A stretch of DNA of 15,970 nt. It comes from a bacterium (lineage in GTDB: Bacteria; Zhuqueibacterota; Zhuqueibacteria; Oceanimicrobiales; Oceanimicrobiaceae). The stretch lies in the NCBI GenBank assembly GCA_046757025.1, contig JBHHXN010000120.1:1-15970 (forward strand). The letters run 5' to 3'. Shown piece after piece: positions 8,031 through 15,970 of this stretch. The position numbers and the translations under genes were made by a program. The notes beneath the pieces were generated by a model. That model had not been told where the DNA came from, searched no databases, and was given only the letters and a program-made list of their open reading frames with translations. The first letter of the stretch is position 1, and every line of letters begins with the position of its first letter.

Positions 8031-9416
8031 ATGTGCAAATCCATTATTCTAATTTTTATACTCACGCTTGCGGTTTGTTTACAGCCCGCCCGGGCGCAAA
8101 AGGAAACCCCACCGGCCGGCGGCACCCCCAAAGATTTTACGTTGCCAGCAAAGCAGACATTCAGTCTGGATAACGGCGTGCAAGCTACCATGGTGCCCTA
8201 CGGCAAACTACCGAAAGTCACGGTGCGTATCGTAATGCGCACCGGCAACATCAACGAAGCGGCGGACGAAGTCTGGCTGGCCGATTTGACCGGCGATTTG
8301 ATGAAAGAAGGTACGCGATCACGCAGCGCCGAACAAATCGCGCAGGAAGCCGCCAGCATGGGCGGAGCCGTTAGCGTTTCGGTGGGCCCAGACCAAACCA
8401 ACGTCCGAGGCGACGTGCTGTCAGAATTTGGCCCGAAGCTGGTGGAGCTGTTAGCAGACATCGTGCGCAACCCCTTGCTGCCGGAATCCGAGATTGAACG
8501 GCTGAAAAATGACATGCTGCGCAACCTCAGCATTCAAAAATCCCAGCCCAATAATATCGCTCTGGAAAAATTTCGTACTGTGATGTACCCCGATCATCCG
8601 TATGGACGCGTGTTCCCAACGGAGGCATTGATTCAAAGCTACACTGTGGAGAAAGTGCACTCGTTTTATGATGCCAATTTTTGCGGCGCCCGTACACATG
8701 TTTACGTGGCCGGGGTGTTCGACAGCGGCAGGATGGAATCCGCCATTCGCCGCGCCTTCGACGGCTGGAAAGCAGGCGCGCTGGCTGCTGAAAATATCCC
8801 CAAACCGGTTTCCAAACGCGTCATTCATCTGGTGGACCGGCCGGACGCCAAACAATCTACCGTACTCATCGGGTTGCCGGTCATCGATCCGGCGCACGAA
8901 GATTACATCGCGCTGCAGGTTACCAACACGCTTCTGGGCGGGGCCTTTGGGTCGCGCATTACGCGCAACATTCGGGAAGACAAAGGCTACACCTATTCGC
9001 CCTTCAGTCAAATTTCCACCCGCTACCGCGACGCGTACTGGGCAGAGCAGGCCAACGTGACCACCGAAGTCACCGGTCCATCTTTACGAGAAATCTTTTA
9101 TGAGATCGACCGGCTGCAGGATGAGCAGCCCACGGAAGAAGAACTCAAAGGCATACAGAATTACATGGCTGGCACGTTTGTGCTGCGCAACTCGACCCCC
9201 TCGGGTATCATCGGCCAACTGGCGTTCCTGGATCTGCACGGCCTGGATGAGAGCTACTTAACCGAATACGTGAAACATATTCATGCCCTTACACCCGAAG
9301 AAGTGCAGAATATGGCCAAAACCTACTTGCGCGACGAAGACATGACTATCGTGATAGCCGGGGATAAAAAGAAAATCTACGAGCAAATTTCCAATTACGG
9401 CAAAGTGGTTGAATGA
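8031..9416 (+). CDS. M16 family peptidase, non-catalytic partner subunit, exported
   Basis: M16 fold motifs (LDNG, HPYGR, LGGAFGSRITRNIREDKGYTYS with the R/Y pair) but no HxxEH. True start is ATG 8031 after AAGGAGG (8015-8021), followed by a signal peptide ending ARA-Q. The ORF-track start at 7899 lies inside the repeat. Confidence 0.92.
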   Translation: MCKSIILIFILTLAVCLQPARAQKETPPAGGTPKDFTLPAKQTFSLDNGVQATMVPYGKLPKVTVRIVMRTGNINEAADEVWLADLTGDLMKEGTRSRSAEQIAQEAASMGGAVSVSVGPDQTNVRGDVLSEFGPKLVELLADIVRNPLLPESEIERLKNDMLRNLSIQKSQPNNIALEKFRTVMYPDHPYGRVFPTEALIQSYTVEKVHSFYDANFCGARTHVYVAGVFDSGRMESAIRRAFDGWKAGALAAENIPKPVSKRVIHLVDRPDAKQSTVLIGLPVIDPAHEDYIALQVTNTLLGGAFGSRITRNIREDKGYTYSPFSQISTRYRDAYWAEQANVTTEVTGPSLREIFYEIDRLQDEQPTEEELKGIQNYMAGTFVLRNSTPSGIIGQLAFLDLHGLDESYLTEYVKHIHALTPEEVQNMAKTYLRDEDMTIVIAGDKKKIYEQISNYGKVVE

Positions 9417-9430
9417 CCTGATCACATACT

Positions 9431-9563
9431 GGGGCTGTCCCAAAGGTCGCGAAAAGAAGACACCTTCATGTTGAGCAAAGGCAAAGCGTGTTTGTTTTTA
9501 AGCAACTTACAACCCCCTTCGATATCTCTGCGGGTGAGAAATCAGGACTTTTTAGACAGCCTC
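9431..9563. mobile_element. Degenerate MITE-like element, about 133 bp
   Basis: GGGGCTGTCCCAAAGGTC (9431-9448) matches the reverse complement of 9546-9563, GAGGCTGTCTAAAAAGTC, at 14/18 (16/20 with flanking CT/AG). GGCTGT ends resemble IS5/IS1182-type termini. No clear target duplication. Confidence 0.6.
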
Positions 9564-9599
9564 AGGATTCCCATTAAACGACTGTAAAACGGAACCTCA

Positions 9600-11222
9600 A
9601 TGAGTTTAGACGACAAGCAAAAAGCCTGGCTTATCGCCGAAGGCAAAAAATGGGTGGAGCAAGGGCTCATTTTACCAAGAACCATTAACAACATCTTAAA
9701 GCACTACGGAATCACTGAGACCATCGCCCCGCCGGCCAGACCGCAAAAAGCCAAAGACCCGAAAGTCCTCATCAAAACCGTGCTCTTTATCGGCGCCACG
9801 CTGATCAGCCTGGGAATCATTTTATTTATCGCAGCCAACTGGCACAAAATTCCGCCATCGCTTAAAATAGCGGGCACGGCTTTGCTGACGCTGAGTTTTT
9901 TGCACACTGGCTATCGTTTTCAATTCCGTACCGCCCCAAAAATAAATTTTGCCAGAGCGTTTTTCTTTTTAGCGGCATCCGGCATCGGCGCCACCTTGCT
10001 GCTCATCGGCCAAATTTATCACGTACAGACGGATGCCTACATGCTGCCGTTGCTCTGGGGCTCGCTCATCCTGCCAATCGCTTTGTTTATGAATTTCCCC
10101 GCCATGTTAATTTACTCGGGCGCGCTCTGGCTGATAAGCCATCTCCTGTATTCGGACTCGCATCAGACTTTTCTCTGGCTGTACCCGCTAATCGTGCTGG
10201 GTGTACAGTTGCCAATCAGCATAAAATCAGAAAGAAAATATCTGCTGCCCTTTTCGCTCGTCTGCATCCTTATTTCGAGTTTTCAAGCCACTTCTTTGAA
10301 CGCACACTGGGCCAATCTGCTGTACGGAATGAGCTGCCTCGCGCTGTCTGTCTGGCTGCGCCAACAGATATTACAAATTCTGGCGATGTTCATTTTGGCT
10401 TTGTGGAATATTTCATTTATCGGCGCGTACGAAACCGTCCCAAATGTGTTTTATGTGGTGGTGCTCGTGTATTTTTTTGTCACTGCATGGAAAACAAACT
10501 CCCCGCCAATCATGGGTTTCAATACAGCCAATACGCTGTTCTGGATTTTCACCTTCTTTTATCAAATTCGTGTCCGATTCAATTTAACCGGACCCGAAGG
10601 CACCGACGTCCTTTTATTTTTAACCGCCGTTTGCCTGTTTATTTATTCTCTTTCAGAAATGATTAGAGAACATGCGACCTGGCACAGTTTAACCAAATTC
10701 TATAAAATAGGAAGTTTAACTCTGGGTTTGTTTTTGATCTATAATCTTTCATTTCGATTTTATACAGAGCAGCAGTACCTAATCAATTCGCCTATGTACT
10801 TTGGCGGGATTATCATCGCAGCTGGCGTTGGTTTTATCGCGCTATTTCCCATGCTTTTGCGGAAATTACAAAGCGATCCTCAGAGTTGGTATGAACTGCT
10901 TTGTTTTAGCTTGACGGCCGGAGCTTTAGCAGCAGCGTTTATTTTACCGCCGAATCATTTTCTGCACGTGCTGCTTTACAATCTCATCTTATTCCTCGGC
11001 GCATTTACTTTGATGCTCACAGGTTATCGCAAAAAGATGGTGGCTATTTATAACGGCGGCGTGGCGCTTTTCGTCATTTCTATCTTCACACGCTATTTCG
11101 ATTCCCTATGGCGGTTGTTGCCGCGCTCGGTGTTTTTTATCCTCGGCGGCGTGTTTTTGATGCTCTGGGCTTTTTTCATCGATAAAAAAAGAAGAGAAAT
11201 CACCGCACGATCAAAAAATTAA
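9600..11222 (+). CDS. DUF2157 domain-containing multi-pass membrane protein
   Basis: N-terminal W-x-x-x-G-L-I, then GATLISLGIILFIAANWHKIP..K and GATLLLIGQIYH, which are typical of DUF2157. Many TM segments follow, ending RYFDSLWRLLPRSVFFILGG. Adjacent to its usual partner gene. Confidence 0.88.
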   Translation: MSLDDKQKAWLIAEGKKWVEQGLILPRTINNILKHYGITETIAPPARPQKAKDPKVLIKTVLFIGATLISLGIILFIAANWHKIPPSLKIAGTALLTLSFLHTGYRFQFRTAPKINFARAFFFLAASGIGATLLLIGQIYHVQTDAYMLPLLWGSLILPIALFMNFPAMLIYSGALWLISHLLYSDSHQTFLWLYPLIVLGVQLPISIKSERKYLLPFSLVCILISSFQATSLNAHWANLLYGMSCLALSVWLRQQILQILAMFILALWNISFIGAYETVPNVFYVVVLVYFFVTAWKTNSPPIMGFNTANTLFWIFTFFYQIRVRFNLTGPEGTDVLLFLTAVCLFIYSLSEMIREHATWHSLTKFYKIGSLTLGLFLIYNLSFRFYTEQQYLINSPMYFGGIIIAAGVGFIALFPMLLRKLQSDPQSWYELLCFSLTAGALAAAFILPPNHFLHVLLYNLILFLGAFTLMLTGYRKKMVAIYNGGVALFVISIFTRYFDSLWRLLPRSVFFILGGVFLMLWAFFIDKKRREITARSKN

Positions 11223-11241
11223 TCAAAAGAGAAGGCAGATC

Positions 11242-11763
11242 ATGTTTACTAAAATCCCCCCCAGAATCGGGCTCTGGTTTACCACGCTTCTCTGGATCGG
11301 TGTTTTTGCCGGCATGTGGGGCAAAAATCACTACCAGTTAGTCAACGGCAAAGAAATCGTTTTGAACACAGTCCCAATCTCCGGAAGAGAAATGCTCAGA
11401 GGTGAGCGCCTCATTTTAAATTATGAAATTTCGGCACTCAATCTGGACATCTTAAATCAAAGTTCAGAACAATTCAACAGCCATGAAACTGTTTATGTCG
11501 GTCTCATAGAACGTGACGGATTCTGGCATGCCAGCAAGATTCAAACGGAACCGCCCGAGGTTGGCGATTTTTTACGCGGTCAGGTGAAACGCGTGCGAGG
11601 TAAAACCATCGAGATCGACTACGGTATTGAATCGTATTTTATCCCCGAAGGCCGCGGCCGGGAAATTGCAAAGCAATATCGAGACGGCCACTTAGCGGTG
11701 GTGGTCGCGGTCAATCCTTATGGAAAGGGGTTGCTGAAAAGAATCCAATTTGCAGAAAATTAG
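11242..11763 (+). CDS. GDYXXLXY family membrane-anchored protein (divergent motif)
   Basis: N-terminal TM, GKEIVLNTVP, LRGERLILNYEIS at the GDYxxLxY position, FLRG, YGIESYFIPEGRG. Starts 19 bp downstream of the DUF2157 gene. Confidence 0.85.
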   Translation: MFTKIPPRIGLWFTTLLWIGVFAGMWGKNHYQLVNGKEIVLNTVPISGREMLRGERLILNYEISALNLDILNQSSEQFNSHETVYVGLIERDGFWHASKIQTEPPEVGDFLRGQVKRVRGKTIEIDYGIESYFIPEGRGREIAKQYRDGHLAVVVAVNPYGKGLLKRIQFAEN

Positions 11764-12008
11764 GATTCATAAAAATTAAACCTGTCGCTATCTTTCAACC
11801 TTTACATTCCATTTTGGGCCTTCCAAACAGAATTGTTTAAGAAACTCTGCTTCCTCTCTCTAAATTGGTCATTCAAAACAGAGTTTCTCCACAATTGCGT
11901 GCTAAAATAGATATTTTGGAACGAGCAAGGTGTAGATCTCAGTGTCTTTTTCCGTTTTATTCCGTGGTATTTGAATTACTCAGGTCAGAATGCTTTTCTG
12001 AAAATTAC

Positions 12009-12040
12009 AAAAGCGCCGGCCCCCATCGCCGGCGCTTTTT
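12009..12040. terminator. Intrinsic terminator, probably bidirectional
   Basis: AAAAGCGCCGGC-CCCCATC-GCCGGCGCTTTTT is a perfect stem with T tracts on both strands, between convergent genes. Confidence 0.85.
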
Positions 12041-12121
12041 AGCGAAAGGAAGTAAGGGAAGTAGCATGAAGTACCGAGTTCTTGCGATGTATCCGGTGAG
12101 AATCAATTCGCACGCCCATCG

Positions 12122-14410
12122 TTAAAACTGATAACCCGAACCCAAGATCCAGGTTCGGCCGGGCATGCGATAGCGGGCAAGCTCCTCGTACTGGGTATTG
12201 AAAACATTGTTGACACCAAGGCTGATATTTAATTTCCTTCCAAAACTTCTCCTGAGCTTGCTGTTGACAACCCAAAAGGCATCCGGTTCGTCGTTGGGGT
12301 AGAGAAACACTTCCTCCACCGCACTTCGGTACCGACCATCAAAACTCAAAAACCAACTCCCTTTTTCAAGGGAGGTCATAAAACTAAATGAATGCTTGAT
12401 TTTGTACGGCAGCACGTCATCTTTGCGGTTGTGGGAAAGATCTCTGGCGTCTAAATAGGTGTAGCCGAAAGTCGTACGCCAGGGACGCCAGGGATAAAGC
12501 GAGGCGCTTACTTCCAGCCCGCGATTGAGCGCTTTGTTGAGATTGCGCACCTGAAAAAGTAGGTAGTTGACGTTTTCTTCTTCCGAAATATTCACCCAGA
12601 AAATGAGATCCCGTTGTTCGGAATGGAAATATGCCAGATCCAGTTCCGCCCAGCTGCCGAATCGAATCTGGCTGCCGATTTCAAACGACAGGACTTTTTC
12701 GGCGTCCAGCTCGGGATTGGGTTTGAATTTAGTGCCGCCGGCGATCTCTTCCTGAAAAAAGCGTTCGGCAATGGAAGGCGCTCGGAAAGCATGACCCGCC
12801 AGCGCACGCAGTGTCCAATTAGAAAAGGGCGTGAAAAGCAGAGCTACTTTCGGACTCAACTGGGTTAATTGTTTGCCGCCCACCAGTTTATTCAAATCGT
12901 ACCGCACACCAAAATTGAGCGTCCATTTATCCGAAAGCTGGCTTTCGTTCAGGGTATAAATGGCAAAATTGTTCACCTGGCGATTGCCAAACATGATGTC
13001 CACGGGAACGGAATCTACCATTTCTCTTTGCATCTGCAAACCCACAATCAAATAGTTGCGCTCGCTGATGGCGTAATCCAACTGCGTAATATTGCCCAAC
13101 GTCATGGAAGTGGTGCGAGTAAACGTGCCAAACGGTTCGTTGTTCGGGATCAGCCTTTGCGGGTCGTTGGGATTGAACTCCGATTTGATGAATGTGCGGT
13201 AAAAGAAAAAACGCGAGGAATATTTTACCCTGGGATTGGGAATGGCGTAATAAAAAATATCCGAGCTGAACGTGAGTTTGTTCTGCACATTGTCCTTGCG
13301 TTTGGGATGCACTTCCAGCGGGTCCAAGTTGCCCAGCCACGGATGCGGATAGTCGTTGCGCCCGATATCGCCGCCCACGGTAATCTCAAAATTTCGGTTG
13401 TTGGACAGGTCGATATACAGCTTACCGTACAAATTGTAAAATTCATAGGCGCTTCTTTGCCGGTGTCCGTCCGATTCTTTCCGACTCAAACTGAGCAGAT
13501 AGGCTGCTTTGCCCAGTCGTTTGCTGTGACTGAGTGTGACGGTGTTTAGCAGATTGGGCGAATCTTTGTAGCGGATGCTTTTCCCGGGCACTTCGTAAAA
13601 TCCAGCGGTGACCTCCGCATTCAAATAGGAACCCGGAGCTGGTTTTTTGGTGATGACATTGATGACGCCGCCCATGGCCGTGGAGCCGTACAACGAAGAA
13701 AACGCGCCTTTCACGATTTCGATGCGGTCGATGAAATTGGTGGGCACCAGACTCCAAAGGGCGCCGCCGGAGTCCGCCCGCAAAGCCGGCCGCCCGTCGA
13801 TGGCCAGCAGAACGCGGTTGCCCACGCCGCCACCGGCGATATCAGACGAGCCACGGATTGAAAGGGACTGCACCGACGTGCCGATGCTGCGATGCACCGA
13901 AATGCCCGGCACATTTTCAATGGCTTGATCAAACGTCGAAATATTGCGTGATTCAATTTCGTTGCTTTTCACTATGCTGACGCTGGCCGGCGCCATCTGC
14001 GCAGTTTGCTCTTTGCGGGAAGCGGTCATAATCACTTCATCGAATTGTATTGCAGAGTTGTGCAGTGCGATCTCTCGAAAAGTGAGATGGCCGGGCCGGA
14101 CTTCCACCTCTTCAACCAATGCCGGACGAAAGCCAATGCAGCTGACTTTCAGGGTGTATTTGTCCGGCGGAATATTTCGGATCAAAAAGGTGCCGTCTTT
14201 GCCCGAGGCCGCGCCGTAAGGCGTGGAAAGCACGGAAATATTCACATCGCTCAACGGCAGCTTTGAGACCGCATCCACCACCTTGCCGCTGATTTCCCCG
14301 TAGATGGGATTATCCCCGGACTCCGGTGCGGATTGAGCCAACAACGGTCCATGAGCTAAACCGCCTAATATCAGGAAACAAGGTAAAAATGTAATCCACC
14401 TTTTTAACAT
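12122..14410 (-). CDS. TonB-dependent outer membrane receptor with N-terminal carboxypeptidase-regulatory-like domain
   Basis: Signal peptide, GEISGKVVDA...YTLKVSCIGF domain, TonB-box-like DEVIMTASR, plug motifs SIRGS, IDGRP, IDRIEIVKGAFSSLYGSTAMGGVINVITK, FRAPS, NPELDAE, GVNNVFN, PGRT, and a terminal Phe. Confidence 0.95.
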   Translation of the reverse strand: MLKRWITFLPCFLILGGLAHGPLLAQSAPESGDNPIYGEISGKVVDAVSKLPLSDVNISVLSTPYGAASGKDGTFLIRNIPPDKYTLKVSCIGFRPALVEEVEVRPGHLTFREIALHNSAIQFDEVIMTASRKEQTAQMAPASVSIVKSNEIESRNISTFDQAIENVPGISVHRSIGTSVQSLSIRGSSDIAGGGVGNRVLLAIDGRPALRADSGGALWSLVPTNFIDRIEIVKGAFSSLYGSTAMGGVINVITKKPAPGSYLNAEVTAGFYEVPGKSIRYKDSPNLLNTVTLSHSKRLGKAAYLLSLSRKESDGHRQRSAYEFYNLYGKLYIDLSNNRNFEITVGGDIGRNDYPHPWLGNLDPLEVHPKRKDNVQNKLTFSSDIFYYAIPNPRVKYSSRFFFYRTFIKSEFNPNDPQRLIPNNEPFGTFTRTTSMTLGNITQLDYAISERNYLIVGLQMQREMVDSVPVDIMFGNRQVNNFAIYTLNESQLSDKWTLNFGVRYDLNKLVGGKQLTQLSPKVALLFTPFSNWTLRALAGHAFRAPSIAERFFQEEIAGGTKFKPNPELDAEKVLSFEIGSQIRFGSWAELDLAYFHSEQRDLIFWVNISEEENVNYLLFQVRNLNKALNRGLEVSASLYPWRPWRTTFGYTYLDARDLSHNRKDDVLPYKIKHSFSFMTSLEKGSWFLSFDGRYRSAVEEVFLYPNDEPDAFWVVNSKLRRSFGRKLNISLGVNNVFNTQYEELARYRMPGRTWILGSGYQF

Positions 14411-14979
14411 TATTTTACAGTCGCTGGGCCCAGAAATACGATATTAAAAAAATCGGCTTTGAAATCGAAATTGGTAATGTTATCCCCTTTTTCCAACTTA
14501 AATGCGGCCGGTGTGGGGTCGTCAAATGGCGAGCCAGGGATATTCAGCCCCACGCTCACCGAATCCGCATCGCCCCAGTACACACCTAAAGTGGCAACAC
14601 GCACGGAACGGTCGCGGGTCTCATCCGGATGTTCCCAGCCCACGGCGATGGCGGAATAATCGCCTGGAGACATGCCGTCAAATTGGTATGTGTATTGCGT
14701 TTGCCCGGCCACTTTTTGCAAGGTGTCCACGCCGGCCGGTGGACCCTGGGCGTTAATCGGTCCGAAAGCCGTCCAGACACCGCCTTGCCATAAAGTCACC
14801 ATGACGATGCCGCTGTCCGGCCACATAGCCACGTTTTCAAACGTGATGGTACCGGAGACATTGGCAAACTCCGAGCTGAGGCTATCGTCGCCGTCGCAGC
14901 CCAGGGCCAAAAGCAAAATACCCAACAGAGCGAAAATAAGAAACGTCTTGGTCCGTGTAATTTTAATTTCCATGATCAC
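14410..14979 (-). CDS. Uncharacterised lipoprotein, translationally coupled to the TonB-dependent receptor
   Basis: Lipobox LALGC followed by DGDD, with a beta-rich body. AGGAGG RBS implies a start at GTG 14979 or ATG 14973 rather than 15003. Its stop overlaps the receptor start (TAATG). Confidence 0.85.
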   Translation of the reverse strand: MIMEIKITRTKTFLIFALLGILLLALGCDGDDSLSSEFANVSGTITFENVAMWPDSGIVMVTLWQGGVWTAFGPINAQGPPAGVDTLQKVAGQTQYTYQFDGMSPGDYSAIAVGWEHPDETRDRSVRVATLGVYWGDADSVSVGLNIPGSPFDDPTPAAFKLEKGDNITNFDFKADFFNIVFLGPATVK

Positions 14980-15054
14980 GGGTTTATTCCTCCTGTTAAT
15001 CATTAACTAATTTGAATCGGATTAAGGATCGGTATCTTAGGTAGTTTTACAAGA

Positions 15055-15063
15055 ATTATACCA
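15055..15063 (-). promoter_or_regulatory. Extended -10 promoter candidate for the lipoprotein-TBDR operon
   Basis: Minus strand TGGTATAAT (TGnTATAAT) about 75 nt upstream of the lipoprotein start; no good -35. Confidence 0.5.
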
Positions 15064-15315
15064 TTTTATTTAACCAGAAGAATTATTTTATGCAGTCGTT
15101 TATAATTCAAAATGTTCCAGGCAATCACGGCCTTTAACACACTGAAATTATGTAATTTGTAATTTTCACCAAATGCCACAACAGGTCACAATTCCAAGCG
15201 CGTAAAGGGCGGCCATTTTCCGATGGCGCGTTTTGGCCATGAATTCGATTTTCATTTTGAAAAAAAATATTTCAAATCGAAAATTTATTGGCAAGTTTCA
15301 ACCATCCATGGCACT

Positions 15316-15970
15316 TCAAGTGGACTGCGAAAACACCGCGCTTCGTTGCTTGACATGCACGGATTTGCCAGTGTCGGCCACGATCACGCGATAACCCAGC
15401 CAGATCAAACAGATGCCGATGAGTTCGGTGATATAAAGCACTTCCACGTAACCCGCACGCGCAGAGGCGCCTCCGATTCCCGGTAGCAGCGCACCCACGG
15501 CAATGAACAAATTCCCCCAAAAACGGTTCTGTGAACGTTTGTCCTGCTGCCAGTATTTCCAGGCCGACCAGAACGCCCCGCCCACCAGAAAAATAAACGC
15601 GTAGGTGTTGATGAACGGGGAAAAGGCACGTACCCACTGCCAGGTTAAAACCCGGCCGGACAAACGAAAATTTTCAACCAACTGCAATTGGATGGGGGAA
15701 ATTAAAACAAATGCAGCGGCAATCCCCACCAACGATACGAGTACCGTTGTCATTCGGTGAGCGGTTTTATCTGAAAACAACAAATACACCGTACCCTGGG
15801 CTAAGGGTGCTCCGCCCAACAACGCGCCGCTGATGTACCAGGCGCGAAACACCCACTCGTTCCAGCCCAAAAGCGTGGTCAGGCTTTCGGTGAGGGTCCC
15901 GACCCCGTACAAGAACACGCCAACGGTCCACCACAGTAAATAAAAAGAACCGGGCTTTTGGCGCCAGTGT
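15316..15970 (-). CDS. Hypothetical multi-pass membrane protein (5' end outside the window)
   Basis: The frame stays open beyond 15918 to the edge (HWRQKPGSFYLLWWTVGVFLYGVGT...). About six hydrophobic segments are visible, with motifs FRAWYISGALLGGAPLAQGTVYLL and GNLFIAVGALLPGIGG. Confidence 0.8.
   Translation of the reverse strand, partial: HWRQKPGSFYLLWWTVGVFLYGVGTLTESLTTLLGWNEWVFRAWYISGALLGGAPLAQGTVYLLFSDKTAHRMTTVLVSLVGIAAAFVLISPIQLQLVENFRLSGRVLTWQWVRAFSPFINTYAFIFLVGGAFWSAWKYWQQDKRSQNRFWGNLFIAVGALLPGIGGASARAGYVEVLYITELIGICLIWLGYRVIVADTGKSVHVKQRSAVFSQST

Noticed and set aside
12049..12073. Three GAAGTA hexamers at 9-10 bp spacing
   Set aside because: Short, located in a 3' region between stop codon and terminator, and compatible with chance.
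15241..15281. Fur-box-like AT-rich inverted repeat upstream of the TBDR operon
   Set aside because: Only about 12/19 match to the E. coli consensus, in very AT-rich sequence and about 180 bp from the candidate -10.
15004..15315. Cobalamin or TPP riboswitch in the TBDR leader
   Set aside because: I found no B12-box or TPP core motifs on the minus strand; cmscan would be needed to exclude them fully.

Overview
Bacterial chromosomal window. The gene content (GWxTD protein, M16 pair, TonB receptor with a carboxypeptidase-regulatory-like N-domain, acidic lipoprotein) is of the FCB-superphylum type, possibly KSB1 or Calditrichota; this is inference only. Left to right: the edge-truncated start of a type III restriction Res/helicase gene (missed by the ORF track); an acyl-CoA carboxyltransferase (pccB-like); a GWxTD-domain protein; a PQQ-like beta-propeller gene followed by a well-formed solitary integron attC site, so probably a gene cassette, with no integrase in view; a two-subunit M16 zinc peptidase; a DUF2157 + GDYXXLXY-like membrane pair; a convergent lipoprotein + TonB-dependent receptor operon; and an edge-truncated multi-pass membrane protein. 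The most notable signals are non-coding. They are the lone attC cassette, a 161-bp MITE (17-bp TIRs, 9-bp target duplication) carrying a cloverleaf REP-like cargo between the M16 genes, a second, unrelated TIR-bounded element with decayed REP-like cargo just after them, and a third small TIR-like element.
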